A program made the translations under genes and the position numbers. Below are positions 1-12,602 of a stretch of 64,000 nucleotides of DNA, one piece after another. Source of the stretch: Haliotis cracherodii (Eukaryota); the NCBI RefSeq assembly GCF_022045235.1, contig NW_027266286.1, positions 8,246,001-8,310,000 of the forward strand, given 5' to 3'. How positions within the stretch are numbered: the stretch's first letter is position 1; every line of letters begins with the position of its first letter. Under the pieces are notes generated by a model. The model did no database searches. It saw only the letters and a list, made by a program, of their open reading frames with translations, and had not been told where the DNA came from.

Positions 1-2268
1 CAGCCACAGATATTTTACGTCCGTTTCCTAAGATTCACGGAAAGTGTTGAACATTTTTTCGGTACATAAATAAGATAAAACACCTTCGGAAGAGAATGTT
101 CTTGTTTTATCCTACTCATACAGTGTATTTAACGTTCCGAGGGGGACACAACACTCTCTACAAATACTGGGCACAGTTTGGAACATGAATAGTTGCTTCA
201 TTAATTGTTGTTTAACCTGCACTCCAGCTATGACTGCCGTCGGTAAGTAATCTAGTCTGGTGGGTTGATGGAAACACGTTTGCACAGGAACATTGATCTG
301 GTACACGTTTGATAGTCAATAGTGGTCTAAGGATTATAATCAGAGAGAATCTAGAATGCAAACCTATAATCAGGGATTCTGGCATTTAAGGGGTGCGTTT
401 ATAATCATTTAAAGGAATTGCTGCACCTTAGACAGCTGGACGAGCCGATCCCTGCAAATAATCTATGTCTTCGGAATTATGTTCATCAAATAGGAATCGC
501 ATTAAGTCAAACAAGATATCATTTGATGGCCGCATTTAGTACTAACTAACTAAAAGACTGACAATGTTGAGCTGTTGTCAGTGTGAGTATCAACTCTGGT
601 GATAATTGGTAGGAATATGACCAGTGTCCTGACAGGTGAATTTTGCCTGTTTGTTCCATGGCCTTTCACCACCAGTTTGTCATATTGGAAACAGAACTCG
701 AATGTACCTCGAATGCTCCACTGATAATATTTGTGGCCGTAAAATATGAGTTTTCATTTTTTTTAACCTGACTGTAATGTACACCATGCTTCAGAATCAA
801 ATAAAAATCCATGTCTTTTTGAAATGTTCTAGTTGTATCATGTAACAACTTTCTCACTTTCAAACGAAATCCACTGAATACAATGTGTGTGTGTGCTTGC
901 GTGCGTGCTTTTAAGTTGAAGAAAAAATCTGGACTAGCTAAATGTTCTAAACAAGGTATTGAGTGAAAAGGTATTGTTTGGCATGTCCTTCCACATGTTT
1001 TGAAGGGCTGACTGAACAATCAAAGCTTCACATGACCCATCCTGTCCTATTTCTTCAGCACTGTAATCCCCATTTATAAACACAATAAGGCACCCGAGTG
1101 CCAGCAGAAAACACATGATGTATAAATGTAAAGCAGTTGGTCTACAGAGCTGTCAACACACATCCATATAGTCCACCAGAGATTGTATAGATATTTTTGA
1201 ATGTGTGCTGAATCTCTATACCGATTTTTTTCATAAAGTGTGCTTCAACAGTAATACCAGGAACGTTATTTAGAAGATTTATGCTACACTTTAAACCCAG
1301 AAATTGGGAATAAATCATACAGTCTTTCGGCCACTTTATGCTTGTCGTAAGAGGCGACTAACGGGATCGGGTGGCACCCGCCATCACGTCACGCGCCGTT
1401 GTCTTTAATTTCCCCACATAATGCAGTACCATTTTCCATGAAAGTTTTGGTACCATAAATCAATTCTTCCTACAAAGGAATTGTGGTATTTGTGCAAATC
1501 CTTGCAATTCATGAAGCACAAGCCTTTTGATTGTAAACATTTGTTACAACTTACTGGTTTTCACGCCAAGCTGAGATTTGACTGGATACCACTGATAGCT
1601 GAGTCACTGCCAAGTTTATAAGATGCAAGGAAAATGTGTTTGATCCCTGACGTCACCAGTTTCAGGCCCTCTGTGAAAGAACTATCTAAATTTACTATAT
1701 GGGAGATTTCAACTAAGCTGACCCTCTTCTGCGTGTGTCGCAACTTGCATAATTACATAGAGACTAACTCCAAATCTTCTATTCTGTGTGAACCTGACAG
1801 GCACAGAAAGTAATTAGAAGAAACTCGAAAATACTGTGAGTCACACATTCTTCTTATATATACATACAGATATCTATTTGACACTGTTTTAAAAAGAATA
1901 TGCAAACATTCATAGTGGTCGAATAATATTAAACTTCATCCCTACCCTCGTATAAAACTGCAAATGAAAACGATGGCAACAGACATATTGACAAAATTAA
2001 CATGATTTGTATGTGTGGGTAAAAGTGCGACCCTAGAATGTCTCTCTGTCCCTAAAACATACTTTTTATCCCTTCAGCCCAGGCCTTTCTGCAATGCAAA
2101 ACCCCTAAATATAGCAAATGTAGATTTTCCTCAGGTTCAAGAATCTCCCATCTCACTGGGGCTCCTTTTCAATTTAATTGGAATTGTTTCTTTCAAAATT
2201 ATATATTTTCAGAGACTAAGCGCGCGTACATCTAGCACCATCCAACACGACCTTGAACTTTCTTGAAC

Positions 2269-2380
2269 AAAATGGCGGCCAGGAAGTGATTTTTAGAAAT
2301 GATAACGACGATGTTAGCTGTTTGTAAGCAAACTATGATATGTCATGGGATACCTTAGCCCGTGGATACATAAGGTAGGA
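2269..2380 (+). promoter_or_regulatory. Possible promoter or first exon: YY1-like AAAATGGCGGC abutting ETS-like AGGAAGTG, with donor AAG|gtagga at 2375
   Basis: Motif match plus local CpG enrichment (cgcgcg at 2221). No downstream CDS identified. Confidence 0.3.
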
Positions 2381-2904
2381 TCTTCACTATTAATACTTTT
2401 TAAAAATATTTTACATGTATAGCAAGCTATAACCTTGATGTGCTATAGTTTGTTGCTATAGTATTTGAATTAAGGGAGCCACCTCAATTTTCAACTTTTC
2501 ACATGACAAGTACCCTTTGAGACTCATGGTTAATTTTGAACCCTGCTTTACATTTCAGAATATGTGGTGATGCTTAACATTGGTCTTTAATAATTGTTCT
2601 ATAAAGTTCCTTTGAATATTACATTGTCCTCTCACGTCAAACCAACAACATTATACAGTTTATTGTTTGTGGTTTAACACCATTGTCTGCAATATTCCAG
2701 CTGTATGACCATGACCTGTAAATAGTCAAGTCTTGGCCAGATAATCCAGTGACTGATATTTTGAGCTACAATCTACTGATTGACTAGAATGACCTCACCA
2801 CCAGGTCCACACTGTTGGATACAATGACCTGACCACCGGTCCTCACTGTTAGATACAATGACCTGACCAACAGCTCCACACTGTTTGATACAATGACTTG
2901 GTGG

Positions 2905-3170
2905 TTTGGTTTGGTTTGGTTTGTTTGTTGTTTCACGCCGCACTCAACAATATTCCAGCTATATGACAGAGGTCTGTAAAATAATCGAGTGATTAATCCA
3001 GTGATTAATATCATGAGCATCGATCCACGCAATTGGATCGATTACATGGATCAACCAAGTCAGCGAGCCTGACCACCCGATCCCGTTAGTCGCCTTTTAC
3101 GACAAGCATAGTCACCTTTTAAGGCCAGCATGGGTTGCTGAAGACCTATTTTAACCCGAATCTTCACAGG
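2905..3170 (-). mobile_element. SINE-like repeat family A, near-complete copy with (CAAA)n tail
   Basis: Highly similar to copies at 20885-21144 and 55473-55737. Core ttagtcgcct(c/t)ttacgacaagc. Confidence 0.85.
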
Positions 3171-3235
3171 TCAATGACTTGGTGACTGTGCATTCACCTA
3201 ATGTCGTGACCTCCTGATAAATATGGTATACACAG

Positions 3236-3382
3236 AAGTTTGTTTTGTTTGTTCGTTGTTTAACGCCACACTCAGCAATATTCCAGCTATATGGCGGCGG
3301 TCTGTAAATAATCAAGTCTGGCTGGACAATCCAGTGATTGACATCATGAGCATCGATCCACGAGATTGGGATACGATGACTT
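3236..3382 (-). mobile_element. SINE family A, 3' partial copy
   Basis: tttaacgccacactcagcaatattccagctatatggcggcggtctgtaaataatc. Further fragments near 204-300, 1338-1376 (+), 2663-2780, 4047-4160, 13150-13350, 14530-14720 and 29198-29360. Confidence 0.8.
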
Positions 3383-3579
3383 TGGTACTGTGCTAACATT
3401 GAATAGGCAGGTTGAGATATTAAAACTATCTTAAGGTTGCTTTGTTTTGTATTCAGCTTGAATTAACAGTTTCAACGTTCAACGCATATGATGATATGTC
3501 TCCAAGCGTAACAACACATCAGGACTAGAGAATAAATGTGTGCAGGTTGAATTCTGATTTGCCCTGATTTTTTTTCAGG

Positions 3580-3715
3580 AACGTCAGCACCATTCCCATG
3601 CTCCTGGATTTCACCGAAGTGGTAAATTTCTGAGACCTGCATCACTGTGAGCTTTCCTCCCACACCACAAGCTGACACACCCTGATATAACTGCAATAGC
3701 GGCTTTATGCCCAGC
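3580..3715 (-). mobile_element. Interspersed repeat fragment, with a second copy in opposite orientation at ~35650-35775
   Basis: Reverse complement cagttatatcagggtgtgtcagcttgtggtgtgggaggaaagctcacagtgatgcaggtctcaga matches ~35687-35750. Confidence 0.6.
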
Positions 3716-4963
3716 TGTCACAGCACAGAGTGTCCAGTATTCTTTTTCAATACTGACACAAGAATTATCACTCTCATGTAGAAGTTGGGAGCATGGTTTC
3801 TGACAGAAATCTAATATACTTTAACATGCATTATTTTATGACATAAAAATTTGTCAAAATGCTTCTTTACATGTGTTTATACAGAAGTGAGCAGAGTGCA
3901 ATGTCACAAAACAAGCACCATTACTATGCACAACCTCTTCATTATGAGTGGCAGTACAAAGTAGATATAAACCAAGGTAAAGCCCTCACTAAGAGCCATC
4001 TTTAATAAGACAGGGCTGATGCAGAATCTCATTTGCCATTAGATTGGTTGTTTGGTTGGTTGGTTAACGCCTACTCAGCAATATTCCAGCTATATATGAT
4101 GGTGGTCTGTAAATAATAGAGTCTGGACCAGACAATCCTGTGATTGATATCAAGAGCATCGATGAGAGAGGCATGCGTGACCCTATTGTCTAAATTTCCT
4201 TGCATGTGTCAGGTGGGTTGGTTCAAATTCCAGGTCCGAGTATGCTTGAGGTTGTGGAATCGCAGAAATACTCAGTGAATGTTTTCTGGGGTCAAACCTG
4301 ACGAAAAAATTATGTCTCTTGTGTATTCTGGAACAAATCAATATTGTCTTAAATCCTGAGACTTATGGGAACCTGTCCACACATCTCTCCATCCCTGCTC
4401 CTGTAAAACATAACCACAAACCAATTTTTTTGCAAATATTTATAAATTTATTTTACATATTAGTCATATGTTAATAAACAATCACCTGTCACCATTCATA
4501 CACCATTCAATCTCTATACACACAGCACATCTCGTTGCTCAAAACAGTAATCTACAATGTACAAAATGTGGAAACACCAACAAAACAATAGGTCTTCAGT
4601 CTAGTGTACAACACAAACATGTACATGGGTCTAGTATATGGTCAAATGTTTGTCAAAATCAATCCCTCACAAGAGTAAATTGGAATATAATGTTTCAGCT
4701 GCATGAAACAGTTCCATTCTCATGCTTATTTTCATGGGTTAGAGGTCAAGGGAATTGTTAAACTATTCTTAACAATATAAAAGCCTCCGATGTAAATTAA
4801 AGGATAAATGGATCTAACATTAACTGTATCTAACTGTAAACCTAGTGAGGCGAACACATTATTAATATTTGAGCCATCACCTTCCGCGGTAAACTCTCCC
4901 TGACAGTCACCATCACTACACAAGTTCTATTTGTTCAAGAAGTAGTGTCAAGGTAGCTGTATG

Positions 4964-5210
4964 AGCTGTCAGTGTATAACATCTCCCTTGTTTCAACACA
5001 AGGTAGCTGTCGGTGTATAATATCCCCCTTGTTTCAACACAAGGTAGCTGTCGGTGTATAACATCTCCCTTGTTTCAACACAAGGTAGCTGTCTGTGTTT
5101 AACATCTCCCTTGTTTCAACACAAGGTAGCTGTCGGTGTATAATATCCCCCTTGTTTCAACACAAGGTAGCTGTTTGTGTATAACATCTCCCTTGTTTCA
5201 ACACAAGGTA
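4964..5210. repeat. 41-bp minisatellite, ~6 copies
   Basis: aaggtagc recurs at 5000, 5041, 5082, 5123 and 5164 (aaggta at 5205). Confidence 0.95.
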
Positions 5211-8200
5211 AGGTCTGTACTTGATTTCAAGAGGGACGACTGATATGTTTCAATTTAACTCAATGTGAGTATCATTTACACTAAACTACAAAATGTTAAT
5301 CTGCTGGGCACAGACCTTAAATGTTCGGTACATATGTTTTAACCAAAGATGTTTCTTAGCAATGAGGTTTGTTAAAAGGGAAATGTATGGTGGAGAAACT
5401 TGATCAGATCCGACCAGATATAACGTGCTATCATCCCAAAATCTTCATGTTTTCCCTATATACATAAACGTTAACACCAGCACATTCAGTAACACAACCC
5501 AGATTAATCTTCAAAGTAAATCAACAGCATAAACACGAGTCACCTGGTCTTGATAGGACATACAGGAACTGGCAATGAGAATGATTAGCAATGACACACC
5601 TCACCAATAAGAACAGTGTTCACGCAACTGTAATTCTCACAGGAAACAGAATTTGACCTCACAATCTGCATGCTAGCTATTCACTGGGCAATCAATTATC
5701 ATGAAGCAAACACATATGTATCATCAAAAAGTTGTACTTTGTTACAAAAATGATTTGATAAAAAAAGTGATAGTTAAACTCTGTGAATGAGCAATATATA
5801 GCTTGTGCTATGAATATATCAATAACTTGAAATGATTTACGAAAAGCAAATATTCAGTCAAGATGTACTAATGTAATCATGATCAACACAGCATATCACT
5901 CCTTATGAGACTTGTAAACTGAATGTTAGTCATTTACAAAAACCACTGACAGCAAGTTGTAATGTTATTCCTGAGTGTCATATGATCGTATAAGCAGAGG
6001 CAATGAGACACACTCAATATTTCATAGTGACACTTGTTTTTGAAAAGGGATATTCAGTCACAATCACTTTTCAAACAATTATGATAATACTAAGTAAGGA
6101 GGCAGTTCAAAAGTTGGACATTGGATAACAAACTTAATTCCATCAGTTCTGAGACACCACCTCCCCTGGAACTTAGCAGACTTGAAGAAAGAAAAACATG
6201 TGTCAGAGTATCATTGCCTACAGCACTGCACAACAAATATTGCAGCAATGTCAACACAAGACCAAACCATCTTTTGGCACGCTCTTTCTTCCACTTCATC
6301 GTCTGTACAATAATGAGGACATTTAGTTTCAGGGTAACATTCAACAGTTTGAGCTGGTGCTGTTTTACTTGAACAGAAAACACTGAAACGTCAATTTGAG
6401 GGAAATATTACAGATCTGTTAAGGAATTAAGACATCAATCCGACACTGGATTTTGAACTGCTCCTTGACTGACTTCGAGCGACACATCATACAGTAACTG
6501 ATGACCATTAAGCTGTGAGTCACTATTCAATGAGCATTGCTACACAATTAATGATGTAAAACAGATGCAGGAAGCACATGGACATCCAAGCAGTTGGTCA
6601 TTAAAGCAAACTGTCAGTTCAGTTCATACAAGAAGAAAGCTTAAAAAATGGGTGCGTTTTCTACACATAGGGCTAAGTGTCTTTCCATTGGACGTCCTCC
6701 AAATACTGACATGACATATTGAATAGTTCTTTATACTACCACATAAGAATGATCATGTTTCCAGGTGGTTTGAATATTCCCTCTTACCTAAATGGGTTTT
6801 GTTGTTGATCTAAATGGATAGTAGTGCTTGATCCTATAAAGATGTGTGTGCATAGTGGCCAGAGCAACATGAATGATATTGCTACAATATACAATTACAC
6901 TTTTGAACAGAACAATGACACTGTAACATATAGATTTAGAGCAATAACCTACACAAGCTCACAGTCAGATATATAAACACAAACTTAGGAAACAAACCTA
7001 TTTTAGATCATGTAAGGTACTTCTGTAGACTGTTTTGTGACATGACTAACATATCTGTGTTTTATTCTTGATATGGGAATTACAGCTTCTGAACCATAAA
7101 GAAATACTCTTGCATAAATGAAGACATTTACTAGAAATAATCATCTCGCACAATTGATGCCCGATTTCTTTGACTTTGAAACAGAAATGACTCTGGGAAT
7201 TAACAGACATGAAATGAAATTTGCAGGAAATATGCAGACTTACAAATTCATCAAAATCACAGAATGTACCGGTATATCAGAACGCTTCAAACCCACCAGT
7301 TCATGGCCATATATAGATTTGTGTGTTCTGTATAGTATTTGTCATTATTACAAACCTGACTGATGTATATACATGTATCCCAATCTGTAATGTGTGTTAA
7401 TTGTACATGTATATATATTTGTAATGAATGTTGTACACATGTGATGTATCTGTGCATCTTGTGCTGTACATGTGTCTGTATGTAGATAATGCCACATGTC
7501 TTATTGTTCAGCTTCAGGCATAGTCAATCCAAACATTGATTAAATGATAACACAAGATCAAAATGAAACACTTCATTTTTACCACCAACACAAGTCCCAT
7601 TTGTGTTCCTCCTAATAAACAAGTTGACATCCATATATTCTCTTCCTTATGTGTATCACTTCTAAATGCCTTTCAAAGACTTAAATTAATTGTTTTATAA
7701 AACAATACATTCATGGAACAATAATTTTGTCAAATAAATGCCTAATCTATACAAATTAGTCAGGGTGTCTCTGAGACCAATCACATCATGTTAGCCATTC
7801 ATACAAGACCAAATCTGTAGCCTGCGAGTAATGAAGGTGTGGCCTATGGTTGACTGTGTACCTCAATGCCAATACATGTATGTATGTGTCAGGCAATATC
7901 AATTTCACTTGTACCTAAACATTCAGACTTGGACATGGTAGTATTTGTACACAATGATATATCTGTGTGCCTCCATTATCTTCAGATGAATCCTATAAAT
8001 GCATGGTTATGTGTCTATTACAAACTGGACATGATACCTTCTGTTACAGTGTGTGGCAAGGGCATCTGTATGAGGTGAAGCTGGAGCATTGGGTTGAAAT
8101 ATGACACCATTTAACTGTTAAGTGACATGTACTTTATACATATAAAAAACTGAAGTATAAACATGACTTATGGTTGAAGAATCATACAACTGTTTTCATG

Positions 8201-8928
8201 TTTAGAAATATTTGAATTCATCATAACACATGTACACTCCTCTGTACAATTGATGGTTAAACTGTACATGTTGTCTGTACACATGGTCTGTACACATGAA
8301 TAGGAGACATTTGAATCTACACAAGAATGATCATGGACACAATTATCAATATCACAGCTGATCATGCTGTAAGTCAGTTGATCAAGAGAAAGTCAAGACA
8401 GTCATGTACAGTCCATGTTGGAACTTCATATTTCATTCACTCAGGATCACTTTAACTACAGATCTCAGTTAACACTTGGGAGGTGTCCAGTATCATTCAC
8501 TGAAACACACAACTCTCTACAGAACTACATACTCACTATCTTTGAAGCAAAGACTAGACCAAATCTCCAACATAAGTTTGCATTCATATTAAAACTACTG
8601 ACATCCAATGGCAACATCACAACACTAATGGTCAGAATCTCTTCAAATGACCAAATTTTATGTCATGAACATACATAGAAAACAGAATGTAACTCTAAGT
8701 AAACAGAATTAACATATTCTTAGATATAGAAGTAATTGGCTGAGCTATAAAACAGAATCTAGAAATAATTCTACGTTGACCTCACTAAGTACAACCCATA
8801 TACACAAAAAACAACTTTTCTTGAAGTATTTTTCATATATCTGAACAAATATACAAGATTATTTACAGGATTGAAGCAAGTAATGCCATATGTTACGGAT
8901 GGATTATTTTGCTACCGATTCTCTCAGA

Positions 8929-9095
8929 GTGAGTGAGTGAGTATGGTTTTACGCCGCTTTTAGCAATATTCCAGCAATATCACGGCGGGGGACACCAGAA
9001 ATGGGCTTCACACATTGTACCCATGTCGGGAATCGAACCTGGGTCTTCGGCGTGACGAGCGAACGCTTTAACCACCAGGCTACCCGACCGCCCCC
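8929..9095 (-). mobile_element. tRNA-derived SINE family B, full length, with 12-bp TSD gattctctcaga
   Basis: A box (TAGCCTGGTGG), B box (GGTTCGATTCC), (ACTC)n tail, TSDs at 8917-8928 and 9096-9107. Confidence 0.9.
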
Positions 9096-10014
9096 GATTC
9101 TCTCAGAACATGACTGACAGCTCAGAGGATACTGTAACAAAGCAATAAGCATACTCCTGTTCTAATATCAGTGTAATGCCAGCTAAACATACCATACACT
9201 TTCCGTTGAGCACCACCACTATCTCCCCGACTACATGGAGTAGTTTAAACTCTGGATGAACATAACCAGTATTTGGAGGGGGTGAAGTATGAACAGAAAT
9301 CAGCTACATTTGTAAAACAAGGTTGACAACTCTCAGAGTGAAGTTACTTCATATCATATCTTTTGTTAGGCCACAATAAATAAATAACCTGATTTGCGTC
9401 CACATTTCCTGAGGTTGGGAGATTTTGTTTCTTACAGTTTAGTTTCATTAAAACTGTCTTTCTGGAACAAGCTATAATATAGATTACAGAAGGGGGGCAA
9501 TGAAGAAAAAATAGATACCATTGATACCAGTATCAAGTAAAGCTGATTTACAGTGGAACAGGGATATATGTATGACCAATAAATCACTCGCATCTTACAT
9601 TGCTTTGGTATGAAAAGATAAGTTATTGCCAGATATTCTGTTGTTCCATCTGGCAGTGTCATGAAAATACATACAGCATTACCAATCAAGCAACAGAGTT
9701 AAAAGCAACAACTGTATATCATCCACCTATGCACAAGTATAACAACAAATACACATGCATTCTCCATCCGATCTGTCAACAGAACAGCTCAATATATTCT
9801 CATCCTCAGGACCAACACATCTGTATACTAACACAGACACATGTGAGCTTATTGTACTTGTGGGAGTCTGTCCAATACCCATTGTGTCCAGCATGCCTCA
9901 CTCACTCGACTGCCAATGTTCCTTAACTGCTGTTTCTTGTGGTTTCTAATATTGAGCAGGCCACATTATATAGCTGAAATATTAACAGTGGCGTGGCCAG
10001 GACTCCTCCATACA

Positions 10015-10432
10015 ATCCATGACCAGATGCAGTAATAGGCCGAACTGCATGTGACAATCATACATATGTCAGCCAATCCTTGGCCAGAAGCAGTAATAGG
10101 CCGAACTGCATGTGACAATCATACATATGTCAGCCAATCCTTGGCCAGAAGCAGTAATAGGCCAGACTGCATGTGACAATCATACATATGTCAGCCAATC
10201 CTTGGCCAGAAGCTGTAATAGGCCAGACTGCATGTGGCAATCATACATATGTCAGCCAATCTGTGACCAGAAGCTGTAATAGGCCGAACTGCATGTGACA
10301 ATCATACATATGTCAGCCAATCCTTGGCCAGAAGCTGTAATAGGCCAGACTGCATGTGGCAATCATACATATGTCAGCCAATCTGTGACCAGAAGCTGTA
10401 ATAGGCCAGACTGCATGTGGCAATCATACATA
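10015..10432. repeat. 61-bp minisatellite, ~7 copies
   Basis: ccagaagc(a/t)gtaataggcc..actgcatgtg.caatcatacatatgtcagccaatc, period 61. Confidence 0.95.
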
Positions 10433-11229
10433 GGTCAAGCACGGTTCACCTTTTCTTCAGTGCCTTCTTAAAGGGGTACTGCCTATGCATACTGGCCATG
10501 ATCAACTAAACCCTTTGTACATGTACTCTGACAGCACAACAATAATACTGTTCCCTGTGTACTGTTAATGTACATACACAACATATTTCTACACACCTGC
10601 ACACACATTACCATGCACTGTTCTAGGCCATACTCCATACACTGGGTCTCTCTTACACATATGCATGTACAAAAAAGTCTGCACACTTGGACATCAATGA
10701 TCAACTAATACTGTCCAGTGCAATAGTAGGGATATTTTGACTGTACACATTTCTTCTTTACATTTGAAACTGTACATATAAATATGTCAAAACACAATTA
10801 ACTTCCTCCTGTTAATTGCCAGGTATACAATGTAATCATCTGAATCCTTTGTTGTCTCAACTCAACCACCACAGGAAGTACAGTCACTGAAGGATAACTG
10901 TTCCGATGAGTGTGTCGTGGAGGTAATACTTGACGCATGTACTCAGACCTGCAGCATGTACACGAGGTAACTGTTTGGTACCTACCATCATGCAGGGTGA
11001 CAATACTTCATATTCCTCTTTCCAAAGATCTTTCATCAAGTTACATTTCAAGATCCAACATAGTCATTTCGGTCATATGGTACTGCCATTTAAGGGTTGA
11101 CTGACTTCGTCGTCTTCATTCGGATGAAGTAGGTAATACATCTGGGACTGACTTCTGTTGCAAGTACATATAATATGCACTAGGTTACTGACGACATACA
11201 AATGATCAGTTTCTGGACCAGGTTATCAG

Positions 11230-11301
11230 TTGTCCTTGAGATGTTCTGAATGTCAAGAGAGTCCATTGTCCTTGAGATGTTCTGAATGTCAAGGGAGTCC
11301 A
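11230..11301. repeat. 36-bp tandem duplication
   Basis: ttgtccttgagatgttctgaatgtcaag(a/g)gagtcca x2. Confidence 0.9.
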
Positions 11302-12348
11302 GTACAAGAACAAACTCATGAATAGACCTTTCTTTCACGAGGAGATCATGTGCTTGTCATCATGAGGTTCAGTTCAGTGGACCAAGGGTTATCATAGTAC
11401 TCAGGTCATTTATCACTTGTAGTCAGGTAAGAACTGTGGGTTTCATCCATTATTGTAGGACAGGATGCATTTCAATAGAATATACAGCCAATCAAGCCAT
11501 TGATAATTGTTAAATAATCCGTATGTGCATCACAGAGACAACAAGTTTGTCCTACCATAGGGTGAAGTACCGATGAATGTAATAGAGGACATACACATTT
11601 ATATCAAATGTCCAGGTCTTGTGAAACTATAAGAATGTTCATTCAATATCATGTAGAAGAAGCCGAGATCACAATTAAATAATGAAAGCTAAGGGATGCC
11701 AACATACTTGAGGGTTTGGTTGAAACACCATAACCAATGGGGTTGTTGTAATGTAATGAGTGTAGTATAATGTTCCTGATGTCCATGTTGAAGACATTCC
11801 ACATGGAACCATTCAAATACAAGCTGGCCTTGATACAGTGCAAATTAAGTACATTGGATAGTGCCAAGAAAACGTCAAGGTACTGTCTTTTGTATGAATA
11901 AACAACACATATCCAGTATTCTACAAGCACTCTCTTCTAATTTGTACACTGCCAATGAAAGTTTTCTGATTTTCTTTCATTTCATTGGACTGCAAAAGGT
12001 ACCATGAGCTCTTCAATCAGAAACACATCCTTCTTCCACGGGAGGTGATATCTAGTTCTCCCTTGATCATTTCTTCAGACATGGGATCTCGCTTCTTTGA
12101 AGGCTTTCTACAGCATGCCACACAAAGCTTTAGTTGCCCCACAATTATGACTTTAAAATACTGTTCAAGTATACTGTTAATGTGCACAAAGGGGACTCCA
12201 AGTATACTGCAATGGTACTGCACAAGTATACTCCAAACATACGCCATCAACTCATACACGGAAGCGGTGGTGCCCAGTTGTACATAATTGCTTGCTGCCT
12301 GTGTTTAACATATAATTTGAATCCTATATACACTAGAACGAGCCTCCA

Positions 12349-12602
12349 TCATACCATAGAGACCTTCTGACACCGAGGACTCTCTTGAGTCTTCTCCTCC
12401 ATGAGGAGTCTGTCTGTTGTGTTGCACCCTGTCGGAGCAGACACATATCTTACTTCTACATGATCATGATCAGGAGGAGTCCTTTCTGAGCGAAATTTCC
12501 GTCGGTGGTAAAATCCACATATTAAAAGGATGATACAGAAAAATGAAGATATGGACGTCCCTATGGCTATGTGAAGAATCTGTACCCCGGCTGTAGTTGG
12601 AC
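12349..12602 (-). CDS. Terminal coding exon: TM helix (ILHIAIGTSISSFFCIILLICGFY), basic stop-transfer HRRK, cytoplasmic tail ending KVSMV*
   Basis: Acceptor aattccag. The first bases GT complete the sixth LDLa Cys (TGT). Hydrophobic helix followed by basic residues. Confidence 0.88.

Larger units (their letters stand above)
4440..12348 (-). other. Putative ~7.9-kb 3' UTR of the CUB/LDLa gene
   Basis: No further coding exon after the stop. U-rich on the minus strand. Candidate AATAAA (plus-strand tttatt) at 4447-4452. The end point is uncertain because other poly(A) signals exist. Confidence 0.35.

Noticed and set aside
934-1116. 60-aa ORF with a hydrophobic N-terminus
   Set aside because: Short, with no recognisable motif or splice context; expected by chance.
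3472-3696. Exon-like 74-aa ORF
   Set aside because: Matches an interspersed repeat also present at ~35.7 kb.
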